Shown: positions 49,701 to 61,779 of the stretch, piece after piece
How positions within the stretch are numbered: the first letter of the stretch is position 1
Layout: each line of letters opens with the position of its first letter
Source of the DNA: Felis catus
Lineage: Eukaryota
NCBI RefSeq assembly: GCF_018350175.1
Contig: NC_058384.1
Location: 6,014,001 to 6,078,000, forward strand
Length of the DNA: 64,000 nt
Direction: 5' to 3'
Made by a program: the position numbers and the translations under genes
The notes under the pieces: generated by a model
The model's database searches: none
Seen by the model: the letters and a program-made list of their open reading frames with translations, nothing else
What the model was told of the DNA's origin: nothing

Positions 49701-51269
49701 TGAATGAGATGACAGCAGGAGATAGAAATTGCTGTATTTTGTTTTGAAATGAGGAAGCAGACGGATGGGCGACAGCGGAATTAGCAGAGCAGAACGGTCT
49801 GTAAGTGCACAGTACTTGCAAGAAGTGTAAGTAATACTGTGTCCTGAAGCTTCCCAGAGGCTCGGCGTTGGGAGCCTGCAGACCCTAAGGGAGGCAGGGT
49901 CCGAAGTGGAGGTGAGAACAGGGATCGGTCAGAAAATCTGTATGCTACAGGTGGGGTCCTTAGGTTCTCTCCTTGAGGACACTATGTAGATAGGTGACTG
50001 TCCACCACCAGCTTGTGGCCTCGGGAGGCCCAGATTTATTCTTTATAAAATTAACATGATAAAATATGAAACTGAAGAAGTGCCTGCATTCTGAAACCAG
50101 GGGCCGGGGGTGGCCGAATGACTTAAAAACAGGAAGATTCGGGGAAATCTGTATCTGAATTGTGGAACTCTGAGCCTGTTTTCTCTGCTCTCCCTGCAGA
50201 ACTCCGCAGTCAAGACTGTCCTGCTCATCTCCTGCAGAAAACTGACGTATCTTCAGATACTGATAAGCTCACTACCAGAGCCCCCTTAAATGAGTGCTAC
50301 CAGTTGACAAGCCCCATTTCCTCACACAGATCTTTCAGTCAATTTGTTTGTCAGAACCTCATTCTTAAATATAAATTAACATTCCAAGACCACGGGACCT
50401 TTGGGGAAAGCCCCCATAAGGAAAGAGAGGTCAAAATAAGCCAACAGAAATAAAGAAGTGGAGGATGGAATGGTACTTGGGGTATTGGGGAAAAGACAGG
50501 GATCAAGAGAAAACCTAAAAAACATCCACCCCTCTAGTAGTAGTATGAGAGAAAATAGATTCTTCTCTTCCCACTAAAATGATGGAGAAAGCCAAAGCAT
50601 ATATCCATCAGGGTAAAGAGAACTAAATGAGGGAGGACAGCAAACCGAAGATGCCAACTAAAGGCTGGAAGCGGACAACCTGATGCGTGAGCGGTAACCG
50701 ACTTAGTAGCAGGGCTGAGAAAGTGGAAACGGAGTCCTAGGAAATGGGTAGTTGTTGTGAAACCAAAAATTGGTCTTCCCTTTAATTTTGATGTGCTTTG
50801 CCCTGTTTGGACTACTTACTAGTTCTTACTTTTTGAGTACTGTGCCCTTTCCCAGTTGGAGCTGTGAATGAGCTGTCCACCAGTAGAGACATCAGAATTA
50901 CTAAAATGCAGTGCCTGTTTGCGTGTGGTTCTCCCAAGTGCACTCTTGCATCCTTGTCCTTACTGCTTGTGAGCCGGCATCTCGTAGAAGTGGACAGCTG
51001 ATGCTTTTCTGGGTGCCAGTGCCAGCGGGGTTAAAAAGGATGCAGAAAAGAGAATAGAAGCAATATTTAACCTAAGAGTGCGCTCTGCATTTTGTTTGTA
51101 AAGTAGTTGTTTAAAACTTGGTACTTCCTTTAGGAATAATTAAAACATAATTGTTGAATTCCCAGACTTTAGAAGACTTTTCATCAGCAAGTAGATGGGC
51201 CTTGGTGGGTTCCCTCGGAGAGCTCCCAGTGTTGTGTAACATTTTCCTATGGAAAAATCCTTTTTTTGT

Positions 51270-51490
51270 GTGGTCAGGTGACTATGGGCTTGGAGTCGGG
51301 CAGACTTGAATTCAAAGCCTGCCTCTGTCATTTTTCTGTTGCGTAATGTTGGGTGAATTATTTAATGTTTCCGAGTCCCAGTAGCCTGAGACTCTGTGTA
51401 ACTCCGAGGGTAGTTGTGATGATCAGGTGAAATTCAAGTAGATTAAGCACTCAGCCTCGCTCTTGGACCCTGTAAGGTCAGTACGTGTTC
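51270..51490 (+). mobile_element. MIR
   Basis: GGGCTTGGAGTCGGGCAGACTTGAATTCAAAGCCTGCCTCTGTCATTT. Confidence 0.65.
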
Positions 51491-54400
51491 GTTTCCCTCA
51501 CTTACACCTTTTCTGTGGAATGAGTTAAGAGGGACCATTATTTTTCTAGGACTTCAGGGAAGTGCAGATCAATTGAAGGTGTACAACATTTTCAGAATGC
51601 AATTCCTGTGTTTTAACGTTTTGCCTCATTTATTTGCAACATGTGTTCCCTGTCGTTTGATAGATTTGCTCTGGTGATGCTGTAGAAAGAGCTTGGGAAC
51701 GGGCCTCGGGAGGTCCGGGGTCTGGTTCACCTCCTTTTCTCTTGCTAACTGGATGAATGATGTGGTGGTGTGTGTCACTTCCCGACTTTGGGTCCCGTTC
51801 CTGATCTGCAAAATGGAAGTGTTTTTTGGGTTACAAGATGATTTCTGAAATGTTTGTTTCTGCGCTAAGATGTGATCCTGAGACCCGTAAAGCTGTAGGT
51901 GTCTTTGTGTGACCTGGGTTTTATGGAGTGTTGACGCTTGGGATACGTTGATTGTTATAAACTTGGTTTATGTGTGTGGAGGACTTGAGGTGATTGGGCA
52001 TTACTAGACTAATCGCTGGTGTTTGGCTTGTCCCTTGGAAAATAGTTCTAGCTGTGAAACCTGTTTTTGAATGGAAATATACCAGAAGTGGGCACCGCTT
52101 TCCTTCCTACAGAGATATAAACACTCTTTGGTACTGTTTACATGAGGCTATCGCCATTATTTTCAGAGTCCCATGGATTTTACCTTTGCTCTTACAGACC
52201 CCTGTCCTGTCAACAGTATGGACATTCTTATTCCTAGGGTGATTTGGGGTGTGTGTGTGTGTAAGTTTTAAATTACCTTTAATGTTTGTTGTGCTGAACT
52301 CTGCTCAGTTGTCATTACCAAAGGAATCCGTCTCTGATCCCTGGGCTAGATCATGTTGTATGTTTACATGTTTGTTTTGTATTTTATTTCCCCCTTTTCA
52401 TTGTTTGGATTATATACGTGTCTGATTTCATAATAGCTTTCTTCCCAGCTGGATTGAAAGCTCTTGGAGGGCAGCGACCCCATCTCTTCTGCTGACTTTC
52501 CTCTGTAATGTTCTGGCACATAATTGACATTCAGGACGTATTTTTTGAATACACAAATAAAGTAAAATTGTTTCCCTGCACATAGTAATAGTGAGCAGAA
52601 ATATAATGGAAATTAAAAGCTCAAAATACTTACTAGAATTAATGACCGTAGCCTTTGCTATTACCAAGCAGTGAATTTAAAAGGAGAGGAAAGAATAATC
52701 AAGGTGGTTGCATAAATGACGTTTATTATTGTTTGTGCAAGAACAGTGAACATTCCCTAGTACAGGAAGCAACTTTTAAAAACTGCTGGCAGAGCTAAGA
52801 AGTCAGACTGTCCTTGACCCTTAGATCAAATGTCTTAGAGCCCAAGTTTCCTTAACTCTTCTTCAGTTTGGAATAAACATTTTGACACAATGAAAGATTT
52901 ATTCTGTAATTTTTGGTCTTCATAAACAAAGAGCTTAACTAAGTTTGCTAAAACGGAAAACAGAAACTTTCTGAATTTTACTGGTTCCATTTTAAAAAAG
53001 TTTGTTTCCTTTCAAGTGCATAACACGTTAAAATGAGCTCAGCTGTATTAGCAGATAAACATGTTGATTCATTTGGCCCAGAGCTATTGAATGAAGCCTG
53101 GAGGGGCACAGTCTGTTCTTTCCCCCACCCAGCAGGAGAATATTTTTCTTCCTCTCCGCCCAGTTGAGGGCACGGGACTGGAATCAGTGACCCCCCCTTA
53201 TTTAAGCTTACCTGAATTGCTTGGGGGCGGGGGGGCAGAGAGAAAGGTTGGCTCACCATTTCCTTCTCCTTTCCCTTGCTTTTGTTCTTACCATTAACAT
53301 ACAGCATATGCTCCTGGTCCAGTGCTCCCGCTGTACTGGCTGTGTTGTGTAGTGACTTACCATCACTTGTGACTTCACAGTTTCTACAAAGACGTTGTAG
53401 AATGCTCCGTTTTGAGTAGCTCCTCTGTTGTGAGTTAATTGTGATTCATTTTGAGGATGGACTTCATTTTGAAAACAAAGAGAAGTACGCCAAGTTCAGT
53501 GGTGTTGGGATAATAAACTCACATGTGGTGAATTGATGTAGAGATTTTATCAGGTATATAGAGAACTTTTATAAGAAACCTAGGGTGGTGAGCCTTGGCA
53601 TTTTGGAATAATACTTAGGAAATGGCCAAAATATGTGGCTTTTACTGTTTTAGAAACCCTCTGAGTAATTGTTTGTTTCAGCATACATCGTGTCCTGTGT
53701 GTTTCGGCCCATGTTAGGTGCCTTCAGTGTGCAAAGATTAATAGGTTCTCTGTGTACCATCTGTGTACCATTTCCCAAAGTGTACAACCTTAGTACATAG
53801 GTGTTCCTCAAAAACAGATTTCTGTCACTGAGTAAGTTTTGGGAGTACCTGGACTAAACAAAATTAAAGGCTTCTTTAGGGTAAGTGTCCATTGTGGAAT
53901 TTCAAAAACTACTTATGCTTTGTAAGATTGTCCAGAATTCCTTGGCACAGTTTCTTTTTCTCACGAAACTGCTGCAGTGGGATCTGAGGGGTGGGGCAGG
54001 GGGAGAGATAGTGGCAGTGATTTGCAGGAAGATGATGATTAATGAGTCCTGGAACACTCTTTGGGACGCGGTGGACTGGTGTAGTTTTCTCATGTAGCCC
54101 CCGCCTCGGAATGATGCGTTAAGTGTCTAGCATTTGCTGCAGGGTTTGTTTATGCTGCTTAATCCCCTTTGAGGTCAGATATGGGGCTTGGGTCTTCCGA
54201 TTGAATGAGTAAGCTGGAAGTGGGGATTAGTAATTCATATGAAAAATGGTGCCTGTTTATTGCAAATTCAGTCTCTATTGAAGCAGACTGACCATTTCTT
54301 CCCAAACAGTTACACCTCCCAGCTTTTCTATTTGATTATACCGTTTTACCCCTTTTCTAGTCAGACAGGAGACCACAGTCATTGTTGACTCTTCTCTTTG

Positions 54401-55642
54401 TCTTACTCAACCATAGCCCCAGTGCCTGTAACTAAATACTGCTTCGTTTTTCCTTCCCATTCATCAGTTTTTCCTCCAGTCCCACTGCTTTGGTTGACAT
54501 GACGTAAGTGATCAGTAAATATTTGTCAAATGATGAAATCTTTCAGTCCTGAACCGCTTTGTGTTGCACTCTGTGACTTAACGCTGGGTTTCTGTGCTGC
54601 GCCCTTGGTAGCTCACTCTTGCATAGGAAAGTGGCCCAGATGTCATAACCTGGTCTTGTCTGGCACCTGTCTGCCATTCATTCCAACCTGGCCCTCACTA
54701 CTGTTTCACTTATACCATACGCTCTTTCCACTGATACTCCGGCTCACCATTGGCCGTGATGTTCTTACCTTGACACTTTTCACCTGGAGACGTGTTCCTG
54801 TTTCTGTTTTTTCTTTGACCACCTATTTAATTACCTAAATCTTACCCATTAACAGAACTCACATTAAAAGCTGATACTTTCATGATCTCTCCAGCTGCGA
54901 GTGCTGCTGTTTTTCTGCACATACAACTTTTCTCTGTAAATGTCCGTCTGTACTACACTTTTGATGCTGTTTGCATGTAGTGTTATAGTTATTACTATTA
55001 CTCCCATAAAGGTTTAAGTTTCCTGAGGCGGCGTGGCATCAAGCCTGACTGCTGAAACAGATAAACCTCAAATCTCGGTGGATTAAGATGATTTGAATTT
55101 TGTTTCTTGATCAGCAGAGTCCAAAACAAGCACAGTGTCCCTGATTCTTGCTCCTTCTGTCCTGTGACTCCACTGTCATCAGCAAATGGTTCCACATGTG
55201 CTCATCTGCATGATGCTGGAAAGGGAAAGACATGTTTGGGGTGGGCCCGGCCTGAAAGTCGCGCTCCTCATTTGTCATAGTTCAGTAGCTAGACCTTTGT
55301 CAAGCGGCCACATTTGACAGCCAGGGAGACCGCAGGGCAACAAGTGACCGGGAAGAAGAGCTTTTTGTTCAGGCAGTTTTGTGAGTGCAGGAAAGCTTGC
55401 ATCTGGAGTCAGACAAACCAGGATTTTAATTCTGGCTGCAGCGCCGCACCAGCCACGCGGTGTTGGACAAGTTACTCCTCCTTTCATCTGAGAGATTTAA
55501 GTAATAATGCAGATAAGATGCTTGGCAGATAAGTAATTTCTCAATAAATTTCACCCGTTTTTGACATCCTTAGTGACATATCTTGGACCTTTATTGCATA
55601 GGTGCATATTAAATAAATGTTAAATAACTTTAAACATGGATA

Positions 55643-55864
55643 GTTTTTTGTTTTGTTTTAATTTTTTGTGTTTGTTTATTTTTGAGACAGAAACAGAGCA
55701 TGAGTGGGGAAGGGGCAGAGAGAGAGGGAGACACAGAATCTGAAACAGGCTCCAGGCTCCGAGCTGTCAGCACAGAGCCCGACGCAGGCTCAAACCCATG
55801 AACCATGAGATCATGACCTGAGCTGAAGTTGGACGCCTAACCAACTGAGCCACCCAGGAGCCCC
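55643..55864 (-). mobile_element. SINEC_Fc
   Basis: Antisense full-length copy abutting an L1 tail. Confidence 0.95.
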
Positions 55865-55869
55865 TCCCC

Positions 55870-56443
55870 TTTTAAAAAATATAATTTATTGTCAAATTGG
55901 CTAACATACAGTGTGTAAAGTGGCTCTTGGTTTTGGGGTACATTCCTGTGGTTCATTGCTTACATACCATACCCAGTGCTCATCCCAACAAGTGCCCTCC
56001 TCAATGCCCATCACCCATTTTCCCCTCTCTCTCCACGCCGCTCAGTTTGTTCTCAGTATTTAAGAGTCTCTTATGGTTTGTCTCCCTCCCTCTCTGTTTG
56101 TAACTATTTTTTCCCTTCCCCCATGGTCTTCTATTGTTTCTCAAGGTCCACATGTGAGTGAAAACATGATATCTGTCTTTCTCTGACTGACTTCACNNNN
56201 NNNNNNNNNNNNNNNNNNNNNNNNNNNNNNNNNNNNNNNNNNNNNNNNNNNNNNNNNNNNNNNNNNNNNNNNNNNNNNNNNNNNNNNNNNNNNNNNNNNN
56301 NNNNNNNNNNNNNNNNNNNNNNNNNNNNNNNNNNNNNNNNNNNNNTTGGCTGTCGTTGAAAGTGCTGCTGTAAACATTGGGGTACAGGTTGCCCCTATGC
56401 ATCAGCACTCCTGTATCCCTTGGGTAAATTCTTAGCAGTGCTA
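55870..56443 (-). mobile_element. Carnivore/felid L1 3' end (partly in N-gaps)
   Basis: TTTATTGTCAAATTGGCTAACATACAG...CCCAGTGCTCATCCCAACAAGTGCCCTCCTCAATGCCCATCACC; minus-strand MFTAALSTTA resembles the ORF2 C-terminus. Confidence 0.9.
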
Positions 56444-56698
56444 NNNNNNNNNNNNNNNNNNNNNNNNNNNNNNNNNNNNNNNNNNNNNNNNNNNNNNNNN
56501 NNNNNNNNNNNNNNNNNNNNNNNNNNNNNNNNNNNNNNNNNNNNNNNNNNNNNNNNNNNNNNNNNNNNNNNNNNNNNNNNNNNNNNNNNNNNNNNNTTTA
56601 GGATTTACCTGGGTCATCACTGCTGTTCTTTCATTAATAATATTTTGGTCGGATCTATCAGAGATCTGTTTATACCAGAAGTTACAAATTATGCTATA

Positions 56699-57482
56699 CA
56701 GGCATACCTTGTTTTTACTGTGCTTTGCAAATAGTGTGTTTTTGTTTTGTTTTTGTTTTTGTTTTTTTTACAAATTGAAGGTTGTGGTAGCTTCACACAG
56801 AGCAAGTCTGTTGACGCCATTTTTCCAATAGCATTGTCTCACTTTGTGTGTCTGTCATATTTTGGTAATTTTTGCAATATTTCAAACCTTTTCATTATTG
56901 TATGTGTTGTGGTGATTTGTGATTATGACTTGCTTGAGAGCTCAGATGACAGCTAGCAATTTTTTAAGTTTATTTATTTTGGGAGAGAGGTAGAGAGAGG
57001 AGGAGCATACATGTGCATGTGGAGGAGGGGCAAAGAGAGGGGCAGAGAGAGAGAATCCCAGGCAGGCTCTGCACCGTCAGCACAGACCCGAGGGGGGCTC
57101 CATCCCACGAACTGTGAGGTCACGACCTGAGCTGAAACCAAGAATCGGATGCTTAACTGACTGGGCCACCCAGGCGCCCAGATTAGCAATTTGTTTATAA
57201 TTAGAAAGGTTTTTTTTCATTATTTAAAAAATTTAAATCCAAGTTAGTTAACGTATAGTGTAATAATGATTTCAGGATTCATAACTAGCAAGAAAGTATT
57301 TTTAAACTGAGGTATGTGCATTGCTTTTTTAGACATAATACTCTTACACACTTAATGCACTACATAGCGTAAACATAACTTTTGTCTGCACTGGGAAACT
57401 GAAAATTTACGTGACTCACTTTATTGCAGTATTAGCTTTATTGTGGTGGTCTGGAACCCAACCCACAATATCTCCAAAGTTT
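56699..57482 (+). mobile_element. Internally deleted Tigger1 derivative (TcMar-Tigger) with nested insertions
   Basis: TA + CAGGCATACCT start; TTTTTACAAATTGAAGGTTGTGG; 3' end GTGGTGGTCTGGAACCCAACCCACAATATCTCCAAAG. Confidence 0.85.
56960..57179 (-). mobile_element. SINEC nested in Tigger1
   Basis: TSD-like TAGCAATTT on both sides. Confidence 0.93.
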
Positions 57483-57519
57483 ACCAAAGTTTATATTATT
57501 CCTGCCATTTGAGGATTTC

Positions 57520-58790
57520 ATGCACATACTTTGAAAAGAAGAATGAACGATATTTTTGAAGAGGTTAGAAGATAAATTAGGAACACCTCCCCAGAAGTGC
57601 AGTAAAAGAAGAAGATAGAAAATGGGAGAGAAGAAGCCAGGAAAATCAGGACACTGGTCCAGGAGTTTCCAACATCAGAATCGTAGACCTTCAGGAAGAA
57701 AGCAGAAGAAACAGACAGGGGACAGTCATTAATGAAATAAATCAAGAAAACATTCTAGAACTGAAGGACATGATGTTTTCAGATTGAAAGGGCCTGTTGA
57801 AAATTCTGAGCAATGGTTGATGATAATCCCACAATAAGGCACATTATTGTGAAATTTAAGAACTGGACCCACATATGAACAATCAGGAATCCGTGCCTTT
57901 AGAATTTTCCTCAGTAGTCGAAGCAGGAAGGAACAGAGCAGCGGTGCCTTTAAAATTCTGAAAAACAAAACAAAACAAAACAAAAGACATCTAGTTTAAG
58001 TAGTTTAACTAGACTGTTACGCTTGAGAGTAAAATACAGATCTTTTCATCGAGGCAAATACCTCCCACAAACCCTCATGAAGCTGAGGGAGATACTCCAT
58101 CAGAAGAAGGGGTGTATCAAGAAAGAGGAGGACCTAGGTGAGAGGGAAGAGGACTTGAGACCCAGCAGCGGGTGAAAGGGACACCAGGGTGATGGCCATG
58201 CAGCTGGCCCAGGGTAACCAGGCCAGACCGGAGGAAGTCAGAAGGCAGGGAGAGACTTCTTCAAGAAGAACTGATGGAAGCCTGATGTGAATGGATATAT
58301 TCAAAGGGGATTTGTCAGACTGGAGAGTCTGAGGTTAATTAAGGATAAATATATACCGTATAAACACACAGGGATAAGTGTATAGAAAACTAAGTAAATG
58401 AGAAGCCGAGCAATTATTAATTCCGAGGAAGACAAAATGTTACACAGGAAAAGAAAGGTAATTATTGTTTACTGCTTGGCTCAGTTCTGAATACCCTGTG
58501 TAGTCATAATGAAATAAGCCTCCAATACTGATCTAACCAATGGATTGAGGCAATGGGGGTGGGCAGGGTGGAGGGTGGCAAGACTAGGAGACAGGGCTAA
58601 ATCTTTTTATCTTCAGCAAGCAGTCGCTGGAGAATACCCCGTACTGGCCAGTTCCGAAACAGAGATACAAACATTCTATATTATTTGGAGAAGTGGAGGT
58701 AGATTTCCAAAACAACTGGTTAGAGACAGTTTGGGGGAAAGAGAATGTTGGCGAAGGGGGGCCGGAGACTCGTTTCCCTTAACAAACCTT
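57520..58790 (+). mobile_element. Old L1M/L1ME-like fragment
   Basis: A-rich ORF1-like text: AAGAAAACATTCTAGAACTGAAGGACATG...CAGATTGAAAGGGCC...CACATTATTGTGAAATT. Confidence 0.6.
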
Positions 58791-59514
58791 GCTTCACTTT
58801 TTAACAACTCTCTGGGTGGGCACTGTTTATTCCCGAAACTCTAGATTTTGGAGAACCCGTTACCTTCAGTGGATTTTTTTTCAAGTGCTTTCGCTTCTCC
58901 CTTAAATGTTATGTTAAGTTAAAGTTTCCGTGGTGTACAGTCGGATTTGAAACCTGTAAACCCATCTTGTCATTGCCTTCATCGTTTAGATTGTACCTAC
59001 AGGTGAGGTGATGGCTGGGCGTTCTTGCTTCAGCTTTGGCCACACGAGGGGCAGCTTTCCCAGGTTCCCTCTTCGTGCAGTGGTTTTGCTCAGTGTCCCA
59101 CACCTCCGTCGTATTCCGTGTGTGTTTCCCTCTTCCGTGTGTTACACTCCGCCGTATTCTCAAATCCGTTCTCATGTGGACATGCCCTCTGCCCCCGTAC
59201 CCCCTTTGGTCTTCCCCGAGTTCCTGTTCCTTTGTAGCAGGAATGCTTGTGTGGGGAGAAGGCCGTTGCTCCTCTCTGAGCCCTTCCCCAAAGTAGGAGT
59301 GGAGGGTGGAGACCTGGGCTGGGGAACGTGTCACCCTGCAGCCGCTCAGTGGCTTCTAATTACTTCCCCATCTCCATCCCCAGTGCTTTCTATGACTTCA
59401 GGGCCCACAAGTGGCTGGTTTACTATTTGCTTCTTGCACATTCCCCTCTTCCATTCAGAGTTCTTGATTGTTTGTAAAAACAAAGTTTCTAGTTACATTT
59501 TGCTACTTTAAGCA

Positions 59515-59602
59515 CCATGGGGACTTGCTAGGTTCCCCTGAACTGATGAAATAGGCCCCCATGGGGACCTATTCTAGGTTCCCCCGAACTGATGAAAAGG
59601 CC
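59515..59602 (+). repeat. ~44-bp imperfect tandem duplication
   Basis: CCATGGGGACTTGCTAGGTTCCCCTGAACTGATGAAATAGGCC / CCATGGGGACCTATTCTAGGTTCCCCCGAACTGATGAAAAGGCC. Confidence 0.9.
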
Positions 59603-60297
59603 AGGACTGGGATCTAGATCTCAGGATTGGGGCCACGCAGCAGGGAGCGCCTCTGTTTCCAAAGAAGGACGCTCAGTAGCCGAGCTCCCTGCTTTTGAAG
59701 GTTGTCCTTCTTTATTACATTAGTACCGCAGCCCTGCTCTTCAGTGATAGACTCGTAAACTGGAAATTACTCCTTTTCAAGTAGTGGAGGAAAATGAGGG
59801 GGTGACTGGATTTGCAGTGCCTGGGATTTGAAATCCAGAGATGGGAGGAAACAGGAAACATACATTGTCAGGAGGTGAAAGCATAATTGTGCTCTGTTTT
59901 GTGCTCGAATTCCCCTTTTTTGAGCAGGGTTAGAGACAGCCTTACGGGAGTACATTTCTGTGTGTTCTGGTACTAATGGAATTCAGGTCCCTTGATCAGA
60001 GTCTTCCTCTGGTTTCTTTTCTTGTGTAGCATTAAACATCCAAGCAGCTTTGGATAGTTTTTAAGGCTCAGGATGATGTGGACAGAGGTGGGTTTGGCAC
60101 GAAGGTAACTCAAGTTTACATCCTCTTGCTTGTGCAGGGTATTTCCTAGGCTGGACCGAAATCTGTTAAGGCCACAAGAGTTTCCCACTGTGACTTTCTT
60201 CCCGTCACACTTCCCATCCTTCCAGGCTGCGTTGGAAGGGACACTGGCAGTTTGGGAACCCTCAGGAGAGGGGTGTGGGATACGTTGATGTGATTTG

Positions 60298-60321
60298 CAG
60301 TCAGTCAGTCAGTCAGTCAGT
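60298..60321 (+). repeat. (CAGT)6 microsatellite
   Basis: Direct reading. Confidence 0.95.
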
Positions 60322-60539
60322 TTTCACGGATAGTTTCGTGATTGCAAGCTGACCCCGCATAAGAACACCTTGCAGCTGGCGTTGGCACATGGTGGTGCAC
60401 GACCAGAGGCTGAATGGAGGTGTGAACTTGTCTGTGTCCTGTGGCGCCCGGTCAACACCGGAAGGATGTGGGCAATGGATGAGAAGCCAAGATGGACCAT
60501 TTGCAAGTTTGCTGAATATTCTTCTAATTTTACAGCCTC

Positions 60540-60720
60540 TACGTGAAAGAATCGTAACAGGTTTTCACCAGTTCGATAATTTGAAATACTTACATGGCAT
60601 CCCCATAGTTGTGTAGTTGAAAGAAACCTTTCTAAACTATCAATAATCAAAAATAAGTTTTCACCCTATATTCTAGATGAAAGACTAAACTATTCTCTGT
60701 AGAATTAATATAAAATTGTG
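60540..60720 (+). mobile_element. hAT transposase C-terminal (dimerisation domain) remnant
   Basis: 60607-60699 translates SCVVERNLSKLSIIKNKFSPYILDERLNYSL, matching the hATC motif SCxxERxFSxLxxIKxxxRSTMxxERLN. Confidence 0.75.
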
Positions 60721-60899
60721 CCGGGGAGCTAATGCTAAAACTATCATGTGATTATATTTAGGGTCTGTTGATGTGGTCGACAGCTTTTAAAGATTTATAA
60801 TTTGATGCGGTTTCCTTTCTCATTCCAAAGGAAAAGTCCGTCAGGACCTATTTTATTTCATAGTGGTGTGTTCCTTTCCTTGAGAGAGCCTTTCCCCCA

Positions 60900-61345
60900 A
60901 CCGTGTAAACCCTCAGCCTCCATCGGCCCTGTGTCTTTTACCCCATCCCATGTGCACACTTCATCACTCTGTGTAGTCAAGCCGTCTTGGTCTTGTTCCT
61001 CAGATGGATTTGGTTTGTTCTCGCCGCAGGACCAACCGATGCCCGTGCCTGGGACGCTCTTGCCTGGGCTTTTCAAAGAACTTTTCATTCTTTACTCCTC
61101 AGGACTCTCTTCTCAGAGTTTTTAACCACCCAGTCTAAAGTCTCCTTTTCTTCCTCCCTCATCCCTAACACATCACCTGCTTTATTTTCATAGCATTTAC
61201 CAACATCTGACTTTCTGTTTCTGTTTTTATTGACTGCCTCTGCCTTTCCGAACATAAGCTCAGCAGATGAGAGCTGTTTGTTCGCTGAGCCCTGGAAAGC
61301 GCCTGCACCTTAATAGGCACTCAGTGGATTATTTGTTGAATGAAA
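60900..61345 (+). mobile_element. L2 3' region
   Basis: GCCTGGGACGCTCTT...CTGCTTTATTTTCATAGCATTTACCA...TAGGCACTCAGTGGATTATTTGTTGAATGAA. Confidence 0.7.
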
Positions 61346-61563
61346 AGTTATGAGTAAGCTTGAGCTTGTATGTTTTGCTGTGTATTTGCTAGTACAGTTT
61401 CTAATTTTTTTTTGGCATGTTATTTGTATATTCACTGTGGTGCTGGGTTGTCTTTATCAGTCTGTGTAAATTCCCTTTTGATTTTTTCTGCTGCAAATAT
61501 TGCTTCAGTCTCTTACCTGCTGTTTGGTTGAAAATGTCCTGTTTTAGAATAGTCAGACGCAGT

Positions 61564-61768
61564 GGGCACCTGGGTGGCTCACTTGGTTAAGTGTCAGACT
61601 CTTGGTTTTGGCTCAGGTCATGATCTTGCGGTTCAGGAGTTTGAGCCTTGCATTGGGCTCTGTGCTGATGATGTGGAGTCTGCTTGGGATTCTCTCTCTT
61701 TCCCTTTCTCTCTGCCCCTTCCTACCCCCACTCCCCCCAAAATGAATAAATAAACTTAAAAAAAGAAA
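61564..61768 (+). mobile_element. SINEC (older feliform subfamily)
   Basis: TSD AGAATAGTCA on both sides. Confidence 0.93.
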
Positions 61769-61779
61769 AGAATAGTCAA

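Noticed and set aside
49720-50740. Possible L1 5' region / HAL1-like element or unannotated exon
   Set aside because: Resemblance is too vague to assign by eye; needs a Dfam search
59008-59511. 167-aa ORF (and overlapping 141-aa antisense ORF)
   Set aside because: No recognisable homology, not AKT3 sequence, and lies in a moderately GC-rich patch where chance ORFs are expected
59543-59602. Hammerhead ribozyme or C/D snoRNA suggested by CTGATGA followed by a stem
   Set aside because: The stem after CUGAUGA is followed by CUAG rather than GAAA, and no stems I/III are evident; there is no RTGATGA...CTGA pair with a terminal stem
3892-61753. Recurrent similar small ORFs (MAQSVKRPTSAQV..., ...GRGRERGRHRI...) resembling a gene family
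   Set aside because: All are translations of SINEC copies with tails and TSDs, not genes
3612-61768. tRNA-like A/B boxes and dispersed ~200-bp repeats (possible tRNA genes or a CRISPR-like array)
   Set aside because: These are tRNA-derived SINE heads; there is no cloverleaf gene, no regular repeat-spacer period, and the context is eukaryotic
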